A DNA stretch of 55,674 bases, the filler included, from Nitrospirae bacterium CG2_30_53_67 (GTDB taxonomy: Bacteria > CG2-30-53-67), in assembly GCA_001873285.1 (NCBI GenBank). It is 5 parts of 5 records of this genome, joined end to end, with 100 filler letters (N's around TTAATTAATTAA, not from the genome) between each part and the next. Parts side by side here need not be neighbours in the genome. Positions count along the whole stretch, not along the records: positions 47,465 to 55,674 come from MNYV01000155.1; 4 more parts are not named here. The stretch is one strand, 5' to 3'. Positions within the stretch are counted from its first letter, which is position 1. Each line of letters starts with the position of its first letter. Made by a program: the position numbers and the translations under genes. Positions 47,465-55,674 of this stretch are shown piece by piece. The notes under the pieces were generated by a model, which ran no database searches, was not told the DNA's origin, and saw nothing but the letters and a program-made list of their open reading frames with translations.

Positions 47465-48311
47465 GGTCCGCACGATCATCAAACCGGCTTAAAGCATCCA
47501 AAGCCGATTCCATAAGTTCCCTGGCTCTGTTTTTGGATTCCTGGATTCCATGGGCTGCCGGATAGGTCTTTTTCCCCTTTTTCATGTCGCTTCCGGCCTG
47601 TTTCCCCAATGTTTTTTCATCTCCCATAAGATCAAGGATATCATCCGTAATCTGGAAGGCAAGCCCGATCTTCTCACCATACTCCGTGAGATCCTGCATC
47701 TCCTGCTCACCGGCATTTCCTACGATCGCCCCGACCCGGACAGCCGTTCGGATCAAGGCCCCGGTCTTGTGGGTATGAATATATTCCAGGATGGGGAGAT
47801 CCACGGTATCTTTTCCCTCGGAAAGAATATCCACGGTCTGACCGCCGACCATCCCCATGCACCCGGCCGCGGCTGCAATCTCCCGGACCATTTGCAGGCG
47901 TTTCCCGTCCTGAATCGGGGAAGATGCAGAGTCCGCAATCACATAGAAGGCATGGGTGAGGAGCGCGTCACCGGCCAGGACGGCCACGGCTTCTCCAAAG
48001 GCCTTGTGATTTGAGGCCATGCCCCGCCGCATGTCGTCGTTGTCCATGGCCGGAAGATCATCGTGGATCAAGGAGTAGGTATGGATCATCTCCAAGGCGC
48101 AGGCTGCGGGAAGCGCATGCTCCATAACGCCTCCGACGGCCTCACAGCCCGCAAGGGTCAAAACCGGCCTCAGCCTCTTTCCTCCGGAAAAAAGGCTGTA
48201 GCGCATGGCCGAGTGAAGCTTCTCAGGATAGTCCTGTTCCCTCGGAACAAGCCGGTTCATGGTCCGATCGATGAGGTCCCGTCTCTCCTTGAGGTATGAC
48301 TTTAAATCCAT
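47465..48311 (-). CDS. ispA: Farnesyl/geranylgeranyl diphosphate synthase (3' truncated)
   Basis: GGKRLRP, HTYSLIHDDLPAMDNDDMRRG, HKTGAL, FQITDDILD. Confidence 0.95.
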
Positions 48312-48372
48312 GGCTGTTCTGCACGCGGCGGAATGTTGAAAAGGGATTTTCATGCTCAATTATGGGTTCTTT

Positions 48373-48609
48373 TCATTCATGGTCCCCTGTGAGGTCAAAG
48401 GGCTCGATCCTCTCGTTTCCTTGATCATCACGAAACAGGATCTCAATTTTTTTCTCGGCCTCGTTCAATTTTTTATTGCAGAACCTGGCCAGGCGGATCC
48501 CATCCTCAAATCCCTTGAGGGAATCTTCCAGAGAGAGTTCTTCCCCTTCAAGCTTTTGCACAATATGTTCAAGCTTGGACAGGGCCTCTTCGAATTTCTT
48601 CTCCGCCAT
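48373..48609 (-). CDS. xseB: Exodeoxyribonuclease VII small subunit
   Basis: [16 protein letters not shown]...LSLEDSL..FEDG...C...L.EAE. Lies upstream of ispA. Confidence 0.95.
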   Translation of the reverse strand: MAEKKFEEALSKLEHIVQKLEGEELSLEDSLKGFEDGIRLARFCNKKLNEAEKKIEILFRDDQGNERIEPFDLTGDHE

Positions 48610-48865
48610 GATTCGCTCCGGAAATAAAAATATTGTTGGATATTATTCTACAGAACCCCTTGTAAGTCAAGGGAAATACTTCAGCCGCGGCGGGCCGTTT
48701 GTCTGGGACATCGTTGAGACCGGCGTGACGGTCTGCAGGAAGTAACGAATGTGACCTTGGCCCCATTGATTCACGATATAGGGCGGCGCCTCTGAAGAAC
48801 AAGGAGAGAACCCAAACCGTACCCGAGGCGCCAATATCAAATTACCAAAGTCAGGCCCCAAGAGA

Positions 48866-51622
48866 CTACTCAATCCCCACGGAGTCACTCAATCCAAGAT
48901 CATCCAGAATCTGCCTGAGTTCCGATTCAATGTGTCCGGCAATATCCGAGTTCAGGGTGACCGAAAAGTTGACCCCTACCTGAAGATCATCCCCGGCTTT
49001 CAACTTGGGAAGAATCTTCGTGCCCAGACGGTTCCACAATTCCGGCGGGATTGTTCCGACCAGCCTCAGAGTCCGTTTTCCAGGTTCCGGGGTAGGCCCA
49101 GGTTCAGGACCGGGTTCTGGTCCAGGCTCTGGTCCCGGACCAGGTTCTGTAGGCTCCTCAGGTTTGGGTACTGCTTTCACTCCAGCCTTGAGTAATTCGG
49201 TTTTATCTTTTCTGAGCAAGAAGACACCGGATTCGAAGGCCACTTCTTCAGGAAGAATCAATTCTTTAAACCAGAGCCGCTCATAAGTACCATCCGCCTT
49301 CTGCCCCGAACCCAGACCGAAATCTCCGTTACTCACAAATTCAACGATCTTTCCCCGTAGAACGGTATCAGGATCTATTAATCTGGTTAACGATCCGTTC
49401 AGGAAGCTCTGCCGCAAACTGGTGAGCGGCCATGCGCCTGAAGCCTTCAGTGCCGGCGGCCAGTTACGGTCGATGTATCCCGCACCCACGGATTCATTCA
49501 GGAGGGCCTCCGATCTCATGGCCGTAATCACTCTGCCGCAAAGAGTCTCACTCATGCTCGCATGTCCGGCACCGATATCCACCACTCTCAGCCCATCCGG
49601 CTCCTGATTGTCGGAAAGAACCAGGTATCTATATCCGCCCCAAACCTCATCCTTGGCATCCTCTTCGGAAACTTCTATCCTGGCTTGTATATCCGCCCGA
49701 TCCGTGCGGTCAAAGTCAGAGCCCAAAGTACCGTCCTTGATCTCATTAGCCACTCTCTTCCAGGCAAGCCAGATCTCGACATTCTCTCTCAGGTCACGCC
49801 CAGGTCTCTTCAGACACCAAACAAGAGATCCCGGATACAATCTCGGAGACTTCCCTCTCTGCTTTGTCCACTCTGCAACCTGATTGCGAAGCGGTCCGCT
49901 TCCCGTCCATTCATCCTTCGGATCCATCAAGACAAGAGTGAGCCTTGGAGTGTCCTGTATGGAAGAACTATCCTTTGGATATTTTACGATCGGGATGCCG
50001 GCTCCGCGTTCAAATTCTTTCACAACCAGATTATCCATTGCCGGTTTTATTTCAGAATCTTCATCGAGGGAGGCTCTTCGGTCGCTGACGACCTTCTTCA
50101 AAGTGGGTTGATGCCTGATCTGGAACCCGTCCGACCCAATCTTCCGGATGAAAAAGGCCTTGGATTCCAGAGCAAACGCCGCATTATCGACTGATGTCGT
50201 ATCCACTCTCGGTTCTCCAAGTGCGAACCGAAGCTCGGGCAAATGGGCTACCTTGTCCACCTGACCGCCGGAGGACTCAAAAAGTATGGTCGAGGCCACA
50301 CGGCGATGAATGTCCCTAAGAGGTCCTTTGGTATCTGCATCCAAGGCCCCCGCATGGGAATGTTGGCCAGAGATGTCGGCCTCAATAGCGGCCACAAGCC
50401 TGGACTCGCCCAGTTGGCCGAGGATGACTCCCCGAAATTCCGGCGCCCCGAGTGGAGCAGAACCCAATGTAATCAACGGCTCATTTCGTGCCCGCTGATA
50501 CGCGTCCCGATAGGCCCAGGATATCCACTGGGCAAGCATTGCCAGGGTTCCACGCGTTTGCTGATACTGTTGAAGCGCTTGCCATTTCCGTTGAAAAACC
50601 GAAAGGGTCGCAGGATGAAAGGGGTAACAGGCTTCAAACCGGCTCCTCAGAAATTCTTTTGCCTTGGACTCCGTGGATGCCGTATCCACCGCAGTCCAAT
50701 GGGATGGAAGCTCAGCCCGTCGTTCGAAGCACCAATCAGCATATGCCTTGGCAACATTTTTTCGGATCCTCTCGCTCCCCAAATCCTCAAACAGACGCCT
50801 CCGGACCACTTCGCTGATCTCGGTCTCGTCATTTGCGATCAAGTCCTTGGCCACGCGGCGGACGACTTTTTGGATCCTGTCCTGCCATTCCATATCCCAG
50901 TCCGTCATCTCCACCTGGCTGCGTGGAAGACTGATGACTGCAGCACCCCGCGTCGTGCCGGTCATGGCCACGGTTAGATTCTGGAGAAAGGCGTGAAAAG
51001 AGTCCGCCATTTCCCGATGCCGGTTCATAAAATTCAGTACTTCATCAAAGAGGATGAGCACGGTCCCGCCCGCTGCGTCAAACACCCTTCCGATTGTCTC
51101 GGTTCCAGGCGGCGTCGTTTTTGCAGCCTTGCCAAGTTCGGCTACGCCCTTGTCCCCGGCAAGCTGCCGTGCAACATCAATCCATGGAGTCTCACGCCCG
51201 TCCTGATGGTCCCATGCATTACCCACAAACACGGCCACCTTTGCTTCCGGAACAGCAGAGAGCCCGGCTCCCTGAAGAAGCTCTGAAACACCCGGATAGG
51301 CGCCGGCCTTCTTACCATTTTTAGCAAGGTGGTAGAGTGCCGTGAGGGTATGAGTCTTGCCGCCCCCGAACTGCGTGATCAGGGTCAAGACCGGCGCCGT
51401 GTCAGCAGTTTCACCGCTCAGACGGCGGAGGACCATTCCCGCGTGTTCTTTCAGAGCCCTGGTAAAGCACGTTCGTGAAAAGAATTGCTCGGGATTTCGG
51501 TAATCCTCCGGCGCCGTTTTTGCAACAACTTGTTCAAGGGCAATGGCAAACTCATCCGGATTAAATGAACGGCCCTCTCGAACTTCTTTTCGTGGTGTTG
51601 CCACCTTGTACCAGGGTTCCAT
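48866..51622 (-). CDS. DUF499-family AAA+ ATPase
   Basis: [27 protein letters not shown] (Walker A), LILFDEV (Walker B), [20 protein letters not shown]. Pro-rich linker near the C-terminus. Confidence 0.9.
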   Translation of the reverse strand: MEPWYKVATPRKEVREGRSFNPDEFAIALEQVVAKTAPEDYRNPEQFFSRTCFTRALKEHAGMVLRRLSGETADTAPVLTLITQFGGGKTHTLTALYHLAKNGKKAGAYPGVSELLQGAGLSAVPEAKVAVFVGNAWDHQDGRETPWIDVARQLAGDKGVAELGKAAKTTPPGTETIGRVFDAAGGTVLILFDEVLNFMNRHREMADSFHAFLQNLTVAMTGTTRGAAVISLPRSQVEMTDWDMEWQDRIQKVVRRVAKDLIANDETEISEVVRRRLFEDLGSERIRKNVAKAYADWCFERRAELPSHWTAVDTASTESKAKEFLRSRFEACYPFHPATLSVFQRKWQALQQYQQTRGTLAMLAQWISWAYRDAYQRARNEPLITLGSAPLGAPEFRGVILGQLGESRLVAAIEADISGQHSHAGALDADTKGPLRDIHRRVASTILFESSGGQVDKVAHLPELRFALGEPRVDTTSVDNAAFALESKAFFIRKIGSDGFQIRHQPTLKKVVSDRRASLDEDSEIKPAMDNLVVKEFERGAGIPIVKYPKDSSSIQDTPRLTLVLMDPKDEWTGSGPLRNQVAEWTKQRGKSPRLYPGSLVWCLKRPGRDLRENVEIWLAWKRVANEIKDGTLGSDFDRTDRADIQARIEVSEEDAKDEVWGGYRYLVLSDNQEPDGLRVVDIGAGHASMSETLCGRVITAMRSEALLNESVGAGYIDRNWPPALKASGAWPLTSLRQSFLNGSLTRLIDPDTVLRGKIVEFVSNGDFGLGSGQKADGTYERLWFKELILPEEVAFESGVFLLRKDKTELLKAGVKAVPKPEEPTEPGPGPEPGPEPGPEPGPTPEPGKRTLRLVGTIPPELWNRLGTKILPKLKAGDDLQVGVNFSVTLNSDIAGHIESELRQILDDLGLSDSVGIE

Positions 51623-51977
51623 AAAAACTCCTTTCACCGCGGAGGCGCAGAGACCGCGGAGAATTCTTTAGCCCGACTGTCCACCCGCCAAGCTTCAGGT
51701 AGGTCAACAATTGGGCTTCGTGGATGGGTTGAAGGGCGTCCACCACCTTCAGTTCGAGTACCACCGCTTCTTCTACAAGGAAGTCCAATCGGTATCCACA
51801 CTCCAGTTTCACACCCTTGTATGTCACGGGCAAGGGAACTTGTCTATCGAATTTCAGACCTCGTAGCTGCATTTCATGGGCGAGGCATTCCTCATAGGCA
51901 GATTCCAACAAACCAGGCCCAATAGTCTTATGGACCTCAATAGCTGCCCCGATTATCTTTTCAGTGATTTCCTTCAT
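51561..51977 (-). pseudogene. GxxExxY protein, C-terminally truncated, flanked by inverted CACCGC..AG.CGCAGAG repeats
   Basis: [23 protein letters not shown]...YRLD..VE...LELK...[10 protein letters not shown]. It lacks the usual LINF..L..G..R end and reads through the right repeat arm into the DUF499 start. Confidence 0.8.
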
Positions 51978-52094
51978 ATCGCTTTTCTCTGCGTCCTCTG
52001 CGCCTCAGCGGTGAATCCTTCTTAATTCATTGCTTTGACATCCATTACTATCTTCGTCTTTCCTCTGCGTTCTCCGCGCCTCTGCGGTGAATCC

Positions 52095-52247
52095 TTATCG
52101 CGGTACCGCGAGCAGCATGGCGTCCAAGAGCCTTTTTTCCTCTGATCCCTTTGGGTAAAGAGCCGAGAGGGCATTTGCAAGCCTTAAGAAATCTGGGCCA
52201 CGATCCTGCTCGGCCTTGATGAGCGCCCGAAAGCCGTGGGCCTGCCC
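52095..52247 (-). pseudogene. Orphan 3' fragment of a DUF1156 methylase (allele 3)
   Basis: GQAHGFRALIKAEQDRGPDFLRLANALSALYPKGSEEKRLLDAMLLAVPR*, homologous to the end of 54690-55674. Confidence 0.9.
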
Positions 52248-52262
52248 TTCCTTTCACAAACT

Positions 52263-52286
52263 AACCACCTTATACCAAGGTTCCAT
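52263..52286 (-). pseudogene. Orphan 5' fragment of a DUF499 gene (MEPWYKVV)
   Basis: GGAGGGG RBS followed by ATGGAACCTTGGTATAAGGTGGTT, homologous to the DUF499 start at 51622. Confidence 0.8.
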
Positions 52287-52288
52287 GA

Positions 52289-53263
52289 CTATTCCCCTCC
52301 CAATGGTCTTCTCAAATGCTCAAAAAGCTTCAATGCAGAACTTTTCAGGCGATACAAATTTGCATACGCTTCAGGGGCAAAATCATTTTCTGCCTTGTAC
52401 ATTCTGTATCTTATTCCATCAGTCACGACGATGTCCCTGGTGACTCCCAACTCGACGAGATACCTCTTGGCCTGCTCAAGGGCACCTTCCACTCCGGCTC
52501 CAAGTCTCTTTGCCTCGATAACCAGATGACAATTTTCAGGATTCCGAGGTAAAGAACGAAAAACGCATACATCAACTCGTTTCCATTTAATAGCAATCTG
52601 CTCCACCTGCCATCCGAGAGCGCGAAGTAACGGAACGACAAAATGCGCTATGAGTTCATCTTCAGTCGGATGTTCGCCGAAGGCTTGCTGGTTCCAATAG
52701 AAACTGAATAGGTCATGGGCCTGTGCAACCAAGCCTTGTAACGGTATCGGGACTTCATCCAACGGTGGTTCTTCTTCTGGTAACTTTGGCAATGGTGCAG
52801 TTTGCCAATGAACGGGCGGCGACTGAATGAACCGATAGGCGTAATCCAAAACCGTTGCATTGCCAACCTTTGAAATCCGCGGGGGATTTGCCCCAAAAAC
52901 TAACTCATCAAATTTATATTCATCAGGTAATCGAGACCAGTGTACCCTCCTTGCGTGCTGCAAGTCCCATCCGTTAACATCATCGAACTGAGGAAGATAC
53001 TGGTACCCACCATCCACAACCCCAACGGCCTGAATTGATGCTTGACTTACCCTCAGAAGGAATATATCTCTCGGGATGACCTCGGACGCAAATCGTCGAA
53101 CGTAACTTCCTTCAAATTCATCATCGCTCAGTTCGGGCCGCCATTCTCCTGCGTCACCGGGCCCAATTAAGGCAACGCCGTATTTTAGAAAAACGTCCGC
53201 ATAGGACCGGGTAATTGGACCACCAGAGACCTGCCATACATTTCTTGTTATTGCTACCGCCAC
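52289..53263 (-). CDS. Putative restriction-type nuclease (N-terminal DNA-recognition-like domain plus HsdR_N-like PD-(D/E)xK domain)
   Basis: GTG start after GAGGTGA. C-terminal EDELIAHFVVPLLRALGW...VD...IEAK...QAKRY...VTDG motif set. Confidence 0.7.
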   Translation of the reverse strand: MAVAITRNVWQVSGGPITRSYADVFLKYGVALIGPGDAGEWRPELSDDEFEGSYVRRFASEVIPRDIFLLRVSQASIQAVGVVDGGYQYLPQFDDVNGWDLQHARRVHWSRLPDEYKFDELVFGANPPRISKVGNATVLDYAYRFIQSPPVHWQTAPLPKLPEEEPPLDEVPIPLQGLVAQAHDLFSFYWNQQAFGEHPTEDELIAHFVVPLLRALGWQVEQIAIKWKRVDVCVFRSLPRNPENCHLVIEAKRLGAGVEGALEQAKRYLVELGVTRDIVVTDGIRYRMYKAENDFAPEAYANLYRLKSSALKLFEHLRRPLGGE

Positions 53264-53267
53264 CCCG

Positions 53268-53370
53268 TCACCTCGGTACCGCCAGAAACATGGCATCGAG
53301 CAGGCGCTTCTCTTCGTTGTTTTTTTGGGTAAAGAGCCGACAGGGCATTGGCCAAGTGTAGGAAATCCAG
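53268..53370 (-). pseudogene. Orphan 3' fragment of a DUF1156 methylase (allele 2), with a +1 frameshift in the A-run
   Basis: DFLHLANALSALYPK(+A)...EEKRLLDAMFLAVPR*. Confidence 0.9.
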
Positions 53371-53385
53371 GCGGCAATGCTGCTT

Positions 53386-53472
53386 CAGGTGGATGGCGAA
53401 CTCATCCGGATTAAACGACCGGCCCTCACGGACTTCCTTGCGCGGCGTGACTACTTTATACCAGGGTTCCAT
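53386..53472 (-). pseudogene. Orphan 5' fragment of a DUF499 gene (29 codons)
   Basis: GAGAGGA RBS followed by [29 protein letters not shown]. Confidence 0.9.
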
Positions 53473-53481
53473 TATCCTCTC

Positions 53482-54249
53482 CTATCCCGCTAAGGCCTGC
53501 ACATATTTTTCTCTGTGTGACCACACGGCTGGCTTTACCTCGTATGCTTCGAGCGCCTCGATTACATCCCCTCCGACCTCCCTGTCCTGATCATTCAGGA
53601 AAGCATAGGCTTCTGATTCTTCACCGCGTGCCTCACGAGTGTCGGTGAGGCCAAACAGGTAGGTTCCGATAGTGTTCTTATTTGGCGCGTTAATCGCCTG
53701 AACAAGTCTTTCCGGCCTGCTCCGGGATTTCGGTATTAAGAAGTCTATGGCATGGTCAAAACCGCTTCTACCTGCAATTTTTACTCGGGGGCTATACCGC
53801 ACATCGTGTTTGTCGAGAAACGCCCTCACATCCTCCCAGAAGAAGGTAGCGACCCGTGGCTGCGCCATGATAAACATATCATTCACTGCAAGCATCGCCT
53901 GTATGAACACGTGAAGGCGCTGCCCGATATTTCGCTGGGATGCTTCGACAAGAAGCCGGTTGCCATCAAGTTTGACTCCAAAACCCTTGAGAACAGAATC
54001 CAGCACCGCCTTTCGCTTGGGCGTAGTCAGTTCAAGCCCGCTTGTTCGAAGGTCCGAAAGAGTATAACCATCATCGGAAAGAATGATCTTCCCATTTTCC
54101 TTGATTGCATATATCTGCAGATGATCATTATGCCTGTCAAGAAAAGGAGTAGTAAGTTCGCAGGCGTTTTCCAGGCTTTCTACCGACAGCCCCTTGCGAA
54201 GCCACTCCACATAAGCATCTATGAGCTGCTTACATTCCTGTTTGTTCAT
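53482..54249 (-). CDS. DUF1828/DUF1829 domain protein
   Basis: TPFLDRHNDHL, LSDDGYTL..L, QAMLAVNDMF, GRSGFDH.IDF.IP. Confidence 0.82.
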   Translation of the reverse strand: MNKQECKQLIDAYVEWLRKGLSVESLENACELTTPFLDRHNDHLQIYAIKENGKIILSDDGYTLSDLRTSGLELTTPKRKAVLDSVLKGFGVKLDGNRLLVEASQRNIGQRLHVFIQAMLAVNDMFIMAQPRVATFFWEDVRAFLDKHDVRYSPRVKIAGRSGFDHAIDFLIPKSRSRPERLVQAINAPNKNTIGTYLFGLTDTREARGEESEAYAFLNDQDREVGGDVIEALEAYEVKPAVWSHREKYVQALAG

Positions 54250-54680
54250 AAGAATCCGTCCTGAAAAGGAGGCGCCATGATATTGCAGTACCTACAGAAA
54301 TCATCAAAGCTGTCCTGTATGCTGCTTGGATTCCTGAACTCATTGTTGTTGATCGGATACGCCCACTTATCCTCGAAGCCTTCCAAGTATACATGAAGAT
54401 GTGCCCCGTCAAGCCGTGTACCGTCTGGGTTCGTATGCGGTGCCCCATTAATATCGAGACGGACAAGGACGATGACCTTTCTGCCCCTGTTTTGAAACTT
54501 GAGCTTTGACAAGCGTATAGTTCGACGCCACAAGTCGAGCAGAAATCGCTCTCGCGTGTCTTCGCTGACAAGCTCGTGTGTATGATCACTGCCCGGCGGC
54601 AGGGAAATCGTTACTGATTCTACAAAGTTCTTCCTCATTGCGATGAGGCCGTCTGCTTCAATTTGTGTCAATATGTCCAT
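54246..54680 (-). CDS. DUF6978-like protein (usual upstream partner of DUF1828/1829)
   Basis: FLLDL.R, LVRLDI.G.PHTNPDG, HLHVY.EG..DKWA. Its stop overlaps the next ATG. Confidence 0.72.
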   Translation of the reverse strand: MDILTQIEADGLIAMRKNFVESVTISLPPGSDHTHELVSEDTRERFLLDLWRRTIRLSKLKFQNRGRKVIVLVRLDINGAPHTNPDGTRLDGAHLHVYLEGFEDKWAYPINNNEFRNPSSIQDSFDDFCRYCNIMAPPFQDGFL

Positions 54681-54689
54681 AAGTTTCGT

Positions 54690-55674
54690 CTATCTTGGCA
54701 CGGCTAAAAGCATCGCGTCAAGAAGTCTTTTCTCTTCGCTGTTTTTTGGGTAAAGCGCCGACAGGGCATTTGCAAGCCTCAAGAAATCAGGACCGCGATC
54801 CTGCTCAGCCTTTATGAGCATCCGCAAAGCATTCGCCTGCCCGCCGGCCTGAAGCAGCATTGCTGCATGTACCCGGTCGAGTGTGGTCGCCTCTTTCTCA
54901 CCGCCGAGACGCGGAGAGCGCAGAGATTCTTCATTAAATAACCTTTTTGTCTTTCCTCTGCGTCCTTTGCGCCTCTGCGGTGGATTGTCTTCCAATTCAG
55001 GAAAGAGCAACTGCTGGTAATCCCTGCGAGGATCATGCTCAATCAAGTCGGCAACAGCATCGGCCCCATCATCACCAAAGAGCTGCCTGGCTCGCTCACT
55101 AACGGACAAGAGGCGAACCACCCCTTTTTGTGTCTCAATGATCCGTCCTTCCCAATCCGGAAGATGAATCCCCAAGGGCTGAGCAAAACGCCGGGCGACA
55201 TCGAAGACCAGGGAAAAACCTTTGCACCGCGGAGGCGCAGAGGACGCAGAGTCTTCATCATTTTCAACTTCTTCTTCCTCTGCGTTCTCGGCGTCTCTGC
55301 GGTGAGATTCTTCCCCATTCGTACTCTGAAGCGTCCAGAGAAATAGCGCCGTCAACCGCGCATCCTCTTCCAACGCCCCGGCTGCGCCGTTCCGAGCGCG
55401 GGCCCCTGCCTGCGCCGCGTCCCGCGACGCGGCAGGCAGGTCGTCCGTGCCAAGGATATTTTGGAGGGCGATGCGACCGACGGTCTCCCAGACATAGGCG
55501 AGATAGCCGCGTTTATGTGGTTCCTTGGCTTCAGGGTCACCGCCCAAGGGAATTGGCTTTCCTTCGGCATCTTCGACCTTGGAGTAACGGCTGTAAATCT
55601 CCAGAGCTGGCCCTATGCATGCGAAGACCAAGTCTGCACCTCGGACTCCCTCGTTTTGGAGCCTTTCCATCCAG
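54690..55674 (-). CDS. DUF1156-family adenine DNA methyltransferase, C-terminal part (5' beyond window)
   Basis: GVRGADLVFACIGPALEIYSRYSKV, TTLDRVHAAMLLQ, LANALSALYP...EKRLLDAMLL. Sits upstream of a DUF499 ATPase. Confidence 0.82.
   Translation of the reverse strand, partial: WMERLQNEGVRGADLVFACIGPALEIYSRYSKVEDAEGKPIPLGGDPEAKEPHKRGYLAYVWETVGRIALQNILGTDDLPAASRDAAQAGARARNGAAGALEEDARLTALFLWTLQSTNGEESHRRDAENAEEEEVENDEDSASSAPPRCKGFSLVFDVARRFAQPLGIHLPDWEGRIIETQKGVVRLLSVSERARQLFGDDGADAVADLIEHDPRRDYQQLLFPELEDNPPQRRKGRRGKTKRLFNEESLRSPRLGGEKEATTLDRVHAAMLLQAGGQANALRMLIKAEQDRGPDFLRLANALSALYPKNSEEKRLLDAMLLAVPR

Noticed and set aside
52095..53472. DGR template/variable repeats or an integron attC array as the explanation for the repeated gene ends
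   Set aside because: Differences are mainly synonymous third-position changes of all base types, not A-specific. No attC-like palindromes, integrase or RT are seen in the window.

Overview
This window is five unrelated contigs of a draft or metagenome-assembled bacterial genome, joined by artificial 100-nt spacers (N...TTAATTAATTAA...N at 8476-8575, 16957-17056, 32139-32238, 47365-47464). Adjacency across spacers therefore means nothing. Gene content (multiheme cytochromes, Rnf, SelA, rpiB-glyA-deaminase-nrdR) suggests an anaerobic Nitrospirota/Desulfobacterota-like organism (inference). Contig 1: Type III R-M (mod 3' end and res), yaiI, truA, a ~9-heme cytochrome, yacG, Zn-ADH, higBA and a decayed four-helix-bundle gene. 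Contig 2: a cytochrome c3/4Fe-4S/NrfD-type/13-heme cytochrome/cytochrome b operon and a two-component system whose kinase has a periplasmic CxxCH. Contig 3: hybrid kinase, rpiB-glyA-deaminase-nrdR, rnfCDGE (no rnfAB) running into a TPR lipoprotein, and an Mla/MCE ABC system. Contig 4: IS remnants, selA, tatC, slyD, DUF47-pit, doxX, THUMP methylase, M16 peptidase, chorismate-binding enzyme, an orphan Phd antitoxin and a Mod-type methylase. Contig 5: ispA-xseB next to a DUF1156 methylase/DUF499 ATPase restriction-like locus. The most striking feature lies between those last two genes. It is a tandem array of three cargo cassettes (DUF6978+DUF1828/1829; an HsdR-N-like nuclease; a GxxExxY gene). 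Each is bracketed by its own copy of the methylase 3' end (...LAVPR*) and the ATPase 5' start (MEPWYKV...). The extra copies differ mostly at synonymous sites, which points to serial capture of cargo slots from homologous loci in other genomes. Several families of small palindromic elements or MITEs are scattered through the window, some inserted in frame inside proteins. All family assignments come from motif recognition by eye, not database searches.
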